A DNA stretch of 64,000 nt from Thermoplasmata archaeon. GTDB lineage: Archaea; Thermoplasmatota; E2; JACPAO01; JAHFTW01. Below, piece after piece: positions 53,188 to 62,849 of this stretch. The stretch lies in contig JAXDQS010000003.1 of the NCBI GenBank assembly GCA_034667725.1, positions 544,001 to 608,000 of the forward strand, written 5' to 3'. The notes beneath the pieces are model-generated. The model made no database searches. It was not told where the DNA came from and saw nothing but the letters and a program-made list of their open reading frames with translations. The stretch's first letter is position 1. Each line of letters opens with the position of its first letter. Position numbers and translations under genes: made by a program.

Positions 53188-53616
53188 CTAAAGCGGCGGC
53201 GGTGCGGCGCAGACCGCGAGCGCGATGTCGCGCAGCCCAAGCGCAAGGCTGGTCAGTTCGTGGTCGGTGAGGGCGCCGATGTCCACGGCGGGGAACTTGG
53301 CGTCCTGGGCGAAGCCGTGGCGGGCCAGCTCGCCGCGCTCGTCGCACCAGTCGGCCCACGCCGCCTGCGACAGGCCGTGGGCCAGAAGGAGGGCGCGGGA
53401 CAGCTCCAGCCGCCGGGCTTGGAGGGTCGCGGCCGTGAAGCTGCGCCCGATGGGGTCGCGGGCCACGAGCCGGATGCTGAGGCGGCCGACCTGGAGCTCG
53501 CCGCCGGCGGCCTCCCAGGCGCGGGCCAGGGTGCGCACGCGGGTGGCGGTGGCCGGGTCGAGGCTGGCCAGGAACCGGGGCAGGCCCTCGGTTTCGTCGA
53601 CGGTCGCGAGGGTCAT
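53188..53616 (-). CDS. Hypothetical protein
   Basis: ATG 53616, GC3-rich codons; lies upstream of glpD in the same orientation. Confidence 0.6.
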   Translation of the reverse strand: MTLATVDETEGLPRFLASLDPATATRVRTLARAWEAAGGELQVGRLSIRLVARDPIGRSFTAATLQARRLELSRALLLAHGLSQAAWADWCDERGELARHGFAQDAKFPAVDIGALTDHELTSLALGLRDIALAVCAAPPPL

Positions 53617-53740
53617 GCAGCGGGCCCATTGGAAGGCCTCTTGAAAGGCGTTGTTGCCAGTGCAGGGAACATCGATGCCTGCCGATGGGGGCCCGTGCGT
53701 TTGCCGAAACAGCTTTGGGGCGGCGGCGGATCGGCCCGCG

Positions 53741-54430
53741 TTGCAGGAACAGCTGCTGGAGAAGATGGCGGGGGAGATCACCCTCAGCAACCAGCCGGGG
53801 CCGACCATGCGCAAGTGGCGCGAGTCGTTCGGGGTCAGCCAAAGCGAGCTGGCCGCCCACCTCGAGGTCAACCCCAGCGTCGTGTCCGACTACGAGTCCG
53901 GCCGGCGGGCCTCCCCCGGCATCGCGACCGTGCGCCGCATCGTGGAGGCCCTCGTGGCCATGGACGTCGAGCGCGGCGGCCACGTCCTGGCCCGCTACCA
54001 GAGCCTCCTCAACCCGCTGGAGGGCATCCTGGGCATCGGGGAGTACCGCCGCACCGTGCCCGCCAGCGAGTTCGTGCGCCGCATCGACGGCCGGGTCCTC
54101 GTCACCGCCGGGCTGGCGGAGCGGGGCATCCAGGGCTACACCCTCATCGACTCCATCAAGGCCATCGCGAGCCTCAACGCCACCGACTACGTCCGCCTGT
54201 ACGGCTGGAACACCCAGCGCGCCCTCTGCTTCACCGGCATCAAGTACGGCCGCAGCCCCATGATCGCCATCCGGGTCCACCCCATGAAGCCGGCCATGGT
54301 CGTCTACCACCGCCCCGAGGACGTCGACAAGCTGGCCTACCGGTTGGCCGAGGCCGAGCAGATCCCGCTGGTGGTGACCGAGCTGGAGATCCCCGAGCTG
54401 GAGGCGAGGCTGCGGGAGATGGTGGCGTAG
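53741..54430 (+). CDS. Archaeal XRE-HTH transcriptional regulator (COG1709-like)
   Basis: KMAGEITLS..PG.TMRKWRE.F.VSQ.ELA..SVVSDYESGRR, GRSPMIAIRV. Start uncertain. Confidence 0.85.
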   Translation: MQEQLLEKMAGEITLSNQPGPTMRKWRESFGVSQSELAAHLEVNPSVVSDYESGRRASPGIATVRRIVEALVAMDVERGGHVLARYQSLLNPLEGILGIGEYRRTVPASEFVRRIDGRVLVTAGLAERGIQGYTLIDSIKAIASLNATDYVRLYGWNTQRALCFTGIKYGRSPMIAIRVHPMKPAMVVYHRPEDVDKLAYRLAEAEQIPLVVTELEIPELEARLREMVA

Positions 54431-54475
54431 CCCGTTGCCCAACCCTTAGTGCCCTGCGACGCGAGACTCCAAGCC

Positions 54476-54946
54476 ATGAAGGACACCCAGCGCTACAACA
54501 GGGAGAAGGACGAGCCCCGGATCGGGCCTGCCCGCATGTTCGCCATCGTCTTCGGCATCGCCTACCTCGCCGTCGCCCTCACCGAGGCCATCCTGGGCCT
54601 CACCGGCAACACCCTCATGGTCGGAGGCGTCCACGTCCTGGGCTTCACGCTCGCGCACAACCTCGTCCACTGGGCCACAGGCCTGCTCCTGGTCGGCGTG
54701 CTGGGCTTCGGCCGCTGGCCCACCAAACTGGCCTCCCGCGGCGTCGGCTTCGTGTTCTCGGCCGTGTTCCTGCTGGGCCTCCTGGCCCCCGAACTCCTGG
54801 GGACCGTGCTGGGCCACGGCGGCATGGTGCCGATGTCCTACAACATGATCCACCTCGCCACCGGCGGCCTCGGCCTGCTCGCGGGCTTCACCAGCCAAGC
54901 CCAGCCGTGGATGGTCCGCGGCGCCACCCACCACCGCCTCGCCTGA
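54476..54946 (+). CDS. DUF4383-like membrane protein
   Basis: About 4 TM helices with HNLVH and NMIHL motifs. Confidence 0.7.
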   Translation: MKDTQRYNREKDEPRIGPARMFAIVFGIAYLAVALTEAILGLTGNTLMVGGVHVLGFTLAHNLVHWATGLLLVGVLGFGRWPTKLASRGVGFVFSAVFLLGLLAPELLGTVLGHGGMVPMSYNMIHLATGGLGLLAGFTSQAQPWMVRGATHHRLA

Positions 54947-54992
54947 AGCCCCGTCCTAGCGCCTATAAGATGCGGGCCCGTCCCGGCAACCG

Positions 54993-56471
54993 ATGGGAGC
55001 CGCCGAGGGCCAGGACAGGATCGCGGTGGACGTCGACCCCGCCGACAAGTTCGCGGACCACTGCGGCGTCGTCGGCATGGCGCTCGACACCGACGCCTCC
55101 AGCTACATCTACTACGCCCTCCAGGCGCTGCAGCACCGCGGCCAGGAGTCGTGCGGCATCACCACCCTCGACGGCCTGTACGAGCTGCGGACCCACAAGG
55201 CGATGGGCCTCGTCGACCAGGTGTTCGACCCGGACATCGTCAAGAAGCTGCGCGGCGCCGTCGGCATCGGCCACACCCGCTACTCCACCAGCGCCGGCAG
55301 CACCGAGGAGAACGCGCAGCCCCAGGTCGTCATGAGCGGCATGGGCGGCATCGCGCTGGCCCACAACGGCAACATCCCCAACACCGACGAGCTCATGGCC
55401 GAGCTGAAGGCCAAGGGTTGGGCGTTCTACTCCGGCAACGACACCGAGGTCGTCGTCCGCCTGCTAGCCAACAAGCTGGTCAAGCACAACGGCAACCACG
55501 TCGGCGCCATCCAGGAGACCATGGGCCGCCTCCAAGGCAGCTACGCCTTCGCGCTCTTGATCGGCAGCGAGCTCTACGGCGTCCGCGACCCCTGGGCCAT
55601 CAAGCCGCTCTGCATCGGCAAGTCGCCGCACGGCTACGTCATCGCAAGCGAGTCCGTCGCCCTCGACGCCGTCGGCGCCAAGTTCGTCCGCGACGTCGCC
55701 CCCGGCGAAGTGATCCGGGTCCGCAAGACCGGCGTCGACACCGTCGCCATGATGGCCGCCCCCAAGCCGGCGCGCTGCTTCTTCGAGTACGTCTACTTCG
55801 CCCGCCCCGACGCCTGGATGGACGGCCGGCTGAACCAGGAGGTCCGCAGCCGCATCGGCGGCATCCTGGCGCGCGAGAGCCCCGTCGACGCCGACATCGT
55901 CGTCCCCATCCCCGACTCCGGCCGCAGCCACGCCCAAGGCTACGCCGAGGCCGCCGGCATCCCCTACGTCGAGGCGCTCATGAAGAACCGGTACGTCCAC
56001 CGCACCTTCATCATGCCCAACCAGGAGACGCGGGAACTGAACGTGCGGCTCAAGCTCAACCCGATGCGGCATGTCCTGGAGGGCAAGCGCGTCATCCTCA
56101 TCGACGACTCGATCGTGCGCGGCACCACCATGAAGCGCATCGTCGACCGCGTCCGCGAGTCCGGCGCGAAAGAGGTGCACGTCCGAATCGGGTGCCCGCC
56201 CATCGTGGCGCCCTGCTACCTCGGCATCGACATGAACACCCGCGACCAGCTCGTGGCCGCCAACAAGACCGTTCCTGAGATTGCTGCAATGATCGGCGCG
56301 GACTCCCTGGCGTACATCAGCCAGCCCGGCCTGTTCGAGGCCTTGCAGTTCCCTGAGTCGGAGCTCTGCGTCGGCTGCATCACGGGAAGGTATCCGGTGC
56401 CCGTGGCCGGCGAGCACATGCGGGACGGGACGGCGGTGCCGGGGACGCCGCCCCGCCCCGAATGCTGTTAG
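54993..56471 (+). CDS. purF: Amidophosphoribosyltransferase
   Basis: Propeptide then CGVVG, QHRGQ, HNGN, VILIDDSIVRGTT, Fe-S Cys (PC, CVGC). Confidence 0.97.
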   Translation: MGAAEGQDRIAVDVDPADKFADHCGVVGMALDTDASSYIYYALQALQHRGQESCGITTLDGLYELRTHKAMGLVDQVFDPDIVKKLRGAVGIGHTRYSTSAGSTEENAQPQVVMSGMGGIALAHNGNIPNTDELMAELKAKGWAFYSGNDTEVVVRLLANKLVKHNGNHVGAIQETMGRLQGSYAFALLIGSELYGVRDPWAIKPLCIGKSPHGYVIASESVALDAVGAKFVRDVAPGEVIRVRKTGVDTVAMMAAPKPARCFFEYVYFARPDAWMDGRLNQEVRSRIGGILARESPVDADIVVPIPDSGRSHAQGYAEAAGIPYVEALMKNRYVHRTFIMPNQETRELNVRLKLNPMRHVLEGKRVILIDDSIVRGTTMKRIVDRVRESGAKEVHVRIGCPPIVAPCYLGIDMNTRDQLVAANKTVPEIAAMIGADSLAYISQPGLFEALQFPESELCVGCITGRYPVPVAGEHMRDGTAVPGTPPRPECC

Positions 56472-56512
56472 GGCCAAAGGCAAAGAGGCGGCCCAACCTC
56501 GGCATTTCCGCC

Positions 56513-57241
56513 GTGCCGCCCGCCAAACGCAAGAGCAAGCCCCGCAAGAAAGCGCCGGAGGATGTTCTTCAGGAAGCCGTCTTCTGGTGGTTGATCGTCC
56601 CAGTCATCGTCCTGGTATTGGCAGGAGTGCTCGTGGACATGGCCGTGCGAAGCCTGACGGGCTACCAGGCCGCGACCTTCACCAAGGGGCTGTTCGGCGT
56701 GCCTGCGATGCTGATCTATCTTGCCTTCAAGGCTGAAAAGGAGTTTGGATTGCTCGGCCTGCTGCGGAAGAAGGACGCCTTGGCCGGGACCAATGTGCAG
56801 CCTTCGGTGGCTGCGGGGGGTCACGCGGCCGTCTCGGTCACCAAGTCCCTCTTCTCCAAGACCACCATCGTGCAAGGCGGCTCCGTGCAAGGGGCAGCTC
56901 CGCCACCAGTCCCTGCGGCCCGCCCTCCTCAGCCGAAGGAGTCGCCGGTCGCTGCGTTGCGCATGAGGCCGCCTGCGCCCAAGGCGCCTGAGAAGGACCT
57001 CCACGCGACTTGCCGGCGGCTGGCTGAAGGCATCGTGGCCCTCCCCCAGACCACGGACGGAGTGGAGCAATACCGCCGCCAATATCTCCTGGAGGTCTCG
57101 GCCATCAAGGTGGAGCTCGAACGGCGCCACATGCCCGTGCCGTTCCTTCTGCAGCGCTACAAGGACGTCTCCGGCTTCCAGCTTCATGAGTTGGCAGGCG
57201 ACCTTGGAGAAGTCGCGGAAAAGCTGCGCCTCCCGGCGTGA
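56513..57241 (+). CDS. Hypothetical 2-TM protein with atypical codon usage
   Basis: Two hydrophobic helices; more A/T-ending codons than its neighbours. Start could be ATG 56462. Confidence 0.6.
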   Translation: MPPAKRKSKPRKKAPEDVLQEAVFWWLIVPVIVLVLAGVLVDMAVRSLTGYQAATFTKGLFGVPAMLIYLAFKAEKEFGLLGLLRKKDALAGTNVQPSVAAGGHAAVSVTKSLFSKTTIVQGGSVQGAAPPPVPAARPPQPKESPVAALRMRPPAPKAPEKDLHATCRRLAEGIVALPQTTDGVEQYRRQYLLEVSAIKVELERRHMPVPFLLQRYKDVSGFQLHELAGDLGEVAEKLRLPA

Positions 57242-58023
57242 CCCGCCGCCTTCATCCCGCCACTCTGGATGCCGCCCTGTTGAGCACGCGTCCCCTCCTG
57301 CTGCGCATCCCTTTCTCGCACTACTGCCGCAAGGCCGAGTGGGGCCTGACGCACGCCGGCATCGAGTACGACACCCTCGACGTCGCCCTCTGGCAGATGA
57401 AGCACGCCCGCCGCGCCAACCCCAAGGAGGGCACGGTCCCCGTCCTCAAGCTGGACGACCGCCTGGTGCTCGGGTCGGGCGACATCCTGCAGTGGGCAGA
57501 GGAGAACAAGGCGGGCGCCGCGGCGCCGCTGTACCCGTCGCCGGAGGTGGCGGAGTGGGAGCGGTGGGCCGACGAGGCCATCGGGCCGCCGGCGCGCCGC
57601 GAGGCCTACCGCGCCCTGCACGCCGACCCGCGGCTCCTGAAGGGCTACCCGGAGGCGCCGCGCTACATGGCGTGGCCGGTCGCGCGGCGGCTCTACCTCA
57701 ACATCCTGCGGCACTACAAGGCGCGCCGCTTCGAGGCGACCGACCCGGCGGCCCTCCGGGAGGCGCTCGCCCGGGTCGCCGCCCGCCTGGCGGAGCGCGG
57801 CACCGGCTTCCTGTGCGCGTCCCATCCGACGGCGGCCGACTACGCCACCGCGGCCCTGCTGGAGCCGCTCGTGGCCGTCGCGCACGCGCGCGGGCTCGAC
57901 GATGCTCCCGGGTGGCCGGCGGTGGCGGCGTTCGTGGCGCGGGTGCGGCCGACGCGCCTGCTGCGGCGGCGGCGCCGGAGCCTGCATTGGTGGCATTGGC
58001 GGCGGTTCGAGCGGCTGGCGTAG
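57238..58023 (+). CDS. Glutathione S-transferase-like protein
   Basis: SHYCRKAEW, TVPVL..D..VLGS.DIL, PTAAD N-cap. Start could be TTG 57280. Confidence 0.85.
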   Translation: MTRRLHPATLDAALLSTRPLLLRIPFSHYCRKAEWGLTHAGIEYDTLDVALWQMKHARRANPKEGTVPVLKLDDRLVLGSGDILQWAEENKAGAAAPLYPSPEVAEWERWADEAIGPPARREAYRALHADPRLLKGYPEAPRYMAWPVARRLYLNILRHYKARRFEATDPAALREALARVAARLAERGTGFLCASHPTAADYATAALLEPLVAVAHARGLDDAPGWPAVAAFVARVRPTRLLRRRRRSLHWWHWRRFERLA

Positions 58024-58028
58024 CGGGG

Positions 58029-58595
58029 CTACTCGAGCTGGACGCCTTCGTGCTGCAGCAACTGGCGCTTGAGGTCCATGCCGCCGCCGTAGCCGCCGAG
58101 GGTGCCGCTGGAAGTGACGACGCGGTGGCAGGGCACGATGGGGGCGACCGGGTTCTCGTGGTTGGCCTGGCCGACGGCGCGGCTGGCGCCGGGGCGGCCG
58201 ATGAGGCGCGCGATGTCCTGGTAGCTGCGGGTCTCGCCGAACGGGATCTCGGCAAGGGCGCTCCAGACCTTGCGCTGGAACGTGGTGCCGTCGAGGCGGA
58301 CGGGGACGTCGAACTGGCGGCGGCGGCCCGCGGCGTACTCGACGAGCTGGGCGCAGGCCTGCTGCAGCAGCGGGTCGCGCGGGTCCTCGTGGAACTCGAC
58401 GTTGGGGTGGCGGTCGGTGACCTCGTCGAGGAAGCGCTCAGTGGGGGTGGTGGGGAGGGAGGTCTGCACGATGGCGCCGTCGAGGGCGGCGACGTGGAAA
58501 CGGCCGAACGGGGTGTCGACGGCGCTCCAGGTGCCGACGTGGCTGCGCGCGGCGGGCTGGAGGGCCTTGCGGGCGGCGAGGCGGGCGTCGGTCAT
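58029..58595 (-). CDS. ogt: Methylated-DNA--protein-cysteine methyltransferase
   Basis: GTTFQRKVW, IPFGETRSY, RAVGQA, PCHRVV active site. Confidence 0.95.
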   Translation of the reverse strand: MTDARLAARKALQPAARSHVGTWSAVDTPFGRFHVAALDGAIVQTSLPTTPTERFLDEVTDRHPNVEFHEDPRDPLLQQACAQLVEYAAGRRRQFDVPVRLDGTTFQRKVWSALAEIPFGETRSYQDIARLIGRPGASRAVGQANHENPVAPIVPCHRVVTSSGTLGGYGGGMDLKRQLLQHEGVQLE

Positions 58596-59860
58596 GGCAG
58601 CACGGGGCTGCCATTTCGTCGCAGGCTGATGAACCAAGCGATGAGGCCCGCGATCGCCAGGATTCCGCCCAGGAGGAAGCCAGGGGAGGCGGGGCCGCCG
58701 GCGAGGTTGCCGCCCACCAGGAGGCAAACGGCAAGGTTGAGGGCCCAGAAGCTCCAGCGGGTGCGGCTGAAGGGGGGCGGAGATTGGCCGCGGACGGCGG
58801 GGAACGACCGGGTGGCGTAGCCGAGCAGCAGGATGGCGACCCCGCCCAAGAGGACCGCGTGGACGTGGGCAAAGGTGAGGGCGGCGCGCCGGTCGGCGAA
58901 CAGGTCGGGGATGGCGTTGAGGAAGATGCCCAAAAGGACGCCCGCGATGAGCCAGAAGACGCCCGCGAAGGTCCACGGGACGTAGGTGAACTCGGGGGTG
59001 ACGCGCTGGGTGCGCGACTTGTTGCGCATGATGTTGGCGCCCAGGACGCCCATGAAGGTGAAGGCGCCCAGGAACACGAACGCGCCGCCCGCGATCAGCA
59101 GGCCTTTCTCGGCGGCGAGGAAGCCGGCGGCCAAGAGCACGAGGCCGAGCATGGTGCTGTGCAGCTCGCCCTTGATGGCGCCCGCGGCGATGGCGGGGAC
59201 GCCGGACAGCCGGGGGACGACGAGGTGGCTGACGCCGTAGGTGGCAAGCAGCGCGAAGCCGGCGAAGACCAGGTGGAAGCCGGCGAGGGCCAGGCGGCCG
59301 GCGTGCTCCCACGCGACGACGTAGGGCGCGTAGGCCGACGCCAGCAGCAGCAGGCCGGGGACGAGGAAGAAGTGCGCGAACTTGAGCTGCTTCAGGCAGG
59401 CGTCGTCGCCCTTGGTGAGCGGGTCGCGGGCCACGTCCACGACACTTTTGGGGATGAGGGCAAGGAGGGTCACGAGCTGCACCACGGCGGCGGCCACGAC
59501 CCACAGGATGCCCAGGAAGGCCACGACGGCGAACAGGCCCGACGGCTGCAGCAGCAGGCCCGTGCCCGCCATCGCAGCACCCACGGCGTAGAGGAGCGCC
59601 ACCAGCCGCAGCCGGGACGGGGGCGCCGCCAGCTTGAGGTGGGCCTCGAGCAGGTGGAAGATCCAGAACGCGAGCGCCGGCAGCAGGAAGCCCACCAAGC
59701 CGATCCACAAGTGGGCGTGGCGGTAGCCAAGCTCCACGAACCCGAAGCGCTGCGCCGCGGCCATCCAGGTCCCGAGCGCCATGGCGGCGGCGAGGCTCCA
59801 AAGCGAGACACGCAGCAGGGGCCGGGGGCCGTCCACGGCGCGGCGACGGGGGCCACCCAT
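58592..59860 (-). CDS. Polytopic His-containing membrane protein (NnrS / haem-copper-oxidase-like)
   Basis: About 12 TM helices with HAHL..GLVGF, GFHL..AGF and AHVHAVLLG motifs. Confidence 0.65.
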   Translation of the reverse strand: MGGPRRRAVDGPRPLLRVSLWSLAAAMALGTWMAAAQRFGFVELGYRHAHLWIGLVGFLLPALAFWIFHLLEAHLKLAAPPSRLRLVALLYAVGAAMAGTGLLLQPSGLFAVVAFLGILWVVAAAVVQLVTLLALIPKSVVDVARDPLTKGDDACLKQLKFAHFFLVPGLLLLASAYAPYVVAWEHAGRLALAGFHLVFAGFALLATYGVSHLVVPRLSGVPAIAAGAIKGELHSTMLGLVLLAAGFLAAEKGLLIAGGAFVFLGAFTFMGVLGANIMRNKSRTQRVTPEFTYVPWTFAGVFWLIAGVLLGIFLNAIPDLFADRRAALTFAHVHAVLLGGVAILLLGYATRSFPAVRGQSPPPFSRTRWSFWALNLAVCLLVGGNLAGGPASPGFLLGGILAIAGLIAWFISLRRNGSPVLP

Positions 59861-59900
59861 AAAACCGCGCCTTGAAGACGAGCACGCCATCGGCGGCCCC

Positions 59901-61013
59901 ATGCGCATCGGCGTCCTCAACGGCGGCGGCCCCGCGCCCGGCCTCAACGGCGTCATCAACGCCGTCACCTTGGCGGCGCGCGCCCGCGGCTGGAGCGTGG
60001 TCGGCATCCCGAAGGGCTACTCGCAGCTCATCAAGGGCAACACGGCCGCCTGCCGCGAGCTCACGGAGGCCGACGTGGCCGGCATCGAGGCGCAGGGCGG
60101 CAGCATCCTGTTCACGAGCCGCGCCAACCCGGCCAAGAAGCCCGAGGACATGGAGGCGGTGATCGCGAGCCTGCGGCAGCTTGGCCTGGACGCCTTGGTC
60201 ACGATCGGCGGCGACGACACCGCCACGGCCGGCATGAAGGCCGCCGCGGCCATGGGCGGCAAGGTCCGGGTCGCGCACGTCCCGAAGACCATCGACAACG
60301 ACCTGCCGCTGCCTGGGGAGGCGCCGACCTTCGGCTTCGAGACCGCCAAGCACCTGGGCGCCCAGTTGTGCCGCAACCTCCGCGTGGACGCAAGGACGAC
60401 GGGCCGCTGGTACCTCGTCACCGCGATGGGACGCAGCGCCGGCCACCTCGCCCTCGGCATGGCCGTCGGCAGCGGCGCCGACCTCGTCGTCATCCCGGAG
60501 GAATTCCCCGCGGGCCCCATCCGCATGGCGCAGGTCGCCGGCAAGGTGCAGGCCGCCATCGCGAAACGCAAGCAGCAGGGCCAGGAGTGGGGGCTGGTGG
60601 TGCTGGCGGAAGGATTGCTGGACCGCCTCGACGCCCAGGAGCTGAAGCAGATCGTCCCCGACCTGGAGCTGGACGAGCACGGCAACCCGCGCTTCTCCGA
60701 GATCGACCTCGGCAAGGTCGTGCGGGGCGCCCTGAAGACGGACGCGGCGTTCATCACCAAGCTCATCGGCTACGAGCTGCGCTGCGCCGACCCCATCGCG
60801 TTCGACGTCCAATACACCCGGACCTTGGGGGCGGGCGCCGTCGAGTTCCTTGCGAATGGCACGGGCAACGCCTTGATCGCGGTGCAGGACGGCCAATGGG
60901 TCCCGCTGCGGTTCGAGGAGCTCAAGGACCCCGCCACCGGGAAAGTGCGGATTCGCCGCGTCAACGTCGAGGGCGCGATGTGGAAGGCGGCGGTGGCCCT
61001 GCAAGCAAGGTAA
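59901..61013 (+). CDS. pfp: PfkA-family phosphofructokinase, probably PPi-dependent
   Basis: GGPAPGLN, GGDDT, PKTIDND, MGR; Asp/Lys signature of PPi enzymes. Confidence 0.85.
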   Translation: MRIGVLNGGGPAPGLNGVINAVTLAARARGWSVVGIPKGYSQLIKGNTAACRELTEADVAGIEAQGGSILFTSRANPAKKPEDMEAVIASLRQLGLDALVTIGGDDTATAGMKAAAAMGGKVRVAHVPKTIDNDLPLPGEAPTFGFETAKHLGAQLCRNLRVDARTTGRWYLVTAMGRSAGHLALGMAVGSGADLVVIPEEFPAGPIRMAQVAGKVQAAIAKRKQQGQEWGLVVLAEGLLDRLDAQELKQIVPDLELDEHGNPRFSEIDLGKVVRGALKTDAAFITKLIGYELRCADPIAFDVQYTRTLGAGAVEFLANGTGNALIAVQDGQWVPLRFEELKDPATGKVRIRRVNVEGAMWKAAVALQAR

Positions 61014-61086
61014 ATGGCGCCATTTTGGCTGCGATTGAAACCGCATTAGCCAAAATCCCCAAATCGCCGCCTGCGGTTGATGCTGC

Positions 61087-61653
61087 ATGCACGGCCCCTA
61101 CCCTGCTCTGCTCGCAAGCCTCGTCCTCCTGGCCGTCGCGGCTCAAGGGCAAGTGGGCCTGCCCCCGGAAACCCAGGTGGGCCCGAACTGCCTCGGCGAG
61201 TCCCACCACGTGGAACTGGACTCCATCGTGGTGGACCTCAACCGCATCTGCGTCACGGTGATCCTCCAGGAGCCCAACGGCGACGACCCCCCTGCGCCGG
61301 ACCCGGTGCCGTCCGGGATGGTGGCCGCCTTCGACCTGGCCGCCTGCCCTGGCGGCTGGACGGCGTTCACGGCGGCGGCCGGCCGGAATGTCATCGGCGT
61401 CGGGGCCGGTGCGGGCCTCTCGGCGCGCACCCTCGGCCAGACGGGAGGCGAGGAGACGCACACCCTATCGGTGGCGGAGATGCCGTCCCACGCGCATGGC
61501 ATCTACACGATTGCCGAAGGCCAATGGGGCGGCGCCGTGGGCAGGCCAGCCATGTCTGGCGGCATCGGCGGCAACACCGACTCCACCGGCGGTGGCTCTG
61601 CCCACAACGTCATGGATCCCTTCGTGGCGCTGCTGTACTGCAAGAAGCTCTAA
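61087..61653 (+). CDS. Secreted protein with a phage tail-collar-like (MdpB-type) domain
   Basis: Signal peptide; PSGMVAAF...CPGGW...GR.VIG.G...GQTGGEETHTLSVAEMPSHAH...GGGSAHN.M.PF.AL.YC.K. Confidence 0.8.
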   Translation: MHGPYPALLASLVLLAVAAQGQVGLPPETQVGPNCLGESHHVELDSIVVDLNRICVTVILQEPNGDDPPAPDPVPSGMVAAFDLAACPGGWTAFTAAAGRNVIGVGAGAGLSARTLGQTGGEETHTLSVAEMPSHAHGIYTIAEGQWGGAVGRPAMSGGIGGNTDSTGGGSAHNVMDPFVALLYCKKL

Positions 61654-62849
61654 GCGTCCCTGGACCGCTTCGGCGCCTTGCTCCTCGTGGCTGCCTTCCC
61701 CTCGATGGCCTGCCGCAGGTCGTCCCACAGGTCCTCGACCTCCTCGACGCCGACGCTCAAACGGATCAGGCCGTCCTCCAGTCCGGTCTTGCGGCGCATC
61801 TCGGGCGGGACGCTGGCGTGCGTCATGAGCGCGGGCAGCTGGATCAGCGACTCGACGGCGCCGAGCGACTCCGCGAGCTGCCAGATGCGCGTCGAGGTGA
61901 CGCACGACTTGGCGGCGGCGAGGTCCTTGAGGGTGAAGCTCACCATGCCGCCGCCGCCCCGCGCCTGGCGGGCGTGGACGTCGCTGTTGTTGTGGGCGTC
62001 GAGGCCTGGGTAGAACACCTTGCCCACGAGCTTGTGCTCGGCGAGCCGTTCCGCGATGACGCTGGCGGACTTGTCGTGCGCCTGCATCCGGAGGTGCAGC
62101 GTCTTGAGGCCGCGCAGCAGCAGGTAGGAGTCGAACGGCGGGCAGACGGCGCCGACGGCCAACTGGAGGAACTTGACCTGCTCGCCCAGTTCGGCGTCCT
62201 TGGCGACGACGGCGCCGGCCAGGACGTCGCTGTGGCCGCCGAGGTACTTGGTGGCGCTGTGGAACACGGCGTCGGCGCCGAGGGCGAGCGGGTTCTGCAA
62301 TGCCGGCGACATGAAGGTGTTGTCCACCACGAGGCGGGCGCCGCCGTCGTGCGCGACCTCGGCGACGGCCGCGATGTCGGACACTCGCAGCAGCGGGTTG
62401 GTGGGCGTCTCGAGGAGGACCAGCTTGGTCTTCTTGGTCATGGCCTTCTTGGTGGCCTTGAGGTCGCGGGTGTCCACGAAGGTGGTCGTGATGCCTTGGC
62501 GGGCGCAGACCCGGTTGAGGAGCCGGATGCTGCCGCCGTAGGCGTCCTCGGCCGCGACGACATGGTCGCCTGCGTCGAGGGTGCGCACCAGCGCGTCGAG
62601 GGCGCTGAGGCCGCTTGCGAAGGCGTGCCCGGAGGCGCCGCCCTCGAGGACCGCGATGGCCTCCTCGAACGCCTGGCGGGTCGGGTTGCCGGCGCGCGAA
62701 TAGTCAAACGAGAGCGGCTCGGCGGGGGCGGGCTGGCGGAACGTGGTCGAGAGCTGGATGGCCGGGTTGACGGCGCCGTGGACTGGGTCGGGGTGGACGC
62801 CGGCGTGGACGCAGCGGGTCGCGAAGCCGTCGGTGGGTGAAAGGGCCAT
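61650..62849 (-). CDS. Cystathionine gamma-lyase/synthase family PLP enzyme
   Basis: YSRAGNPT, FASG, ETPTNP, DNTF, HSATKYLGGHSD, AESLG. Confidence 0.92.
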   Translation of the reverse strand: MALSPTDGFATRCVHAGVHPDPVHGAVNPAIQLSTTFRQPAPAEPLSFDYSRAGNPTRQAFEEAIAVLEGGASGHAFASGLSALDALVRTLDAGDHVVAAEDAYGGSIRLLNRVCARQGITTTFVDTRDLKATKKAMTKKTKLVLLETPTNPLLRVSDIAAVAEVAHDGGARLVVDNTFMSPALQNPLALGADAVFHSATKYLGGHSDVLAGAVVAKDAELGEQVKFLQLAVGAVCPPFDSYLLLRGLKTLHLRMQAHDKSASVIAERLAEHKLVGKVFYPGLDAHNNSDVHARQARGGGGMVSFTLKDLAAAKSCVTSTRIWQLAESLGAVESLIQLPALMTHASVPPEMRRKTGLEDGLIRLSVGVEEVEDLWDDLRQAIEGKAATRSKAPKRSRDA

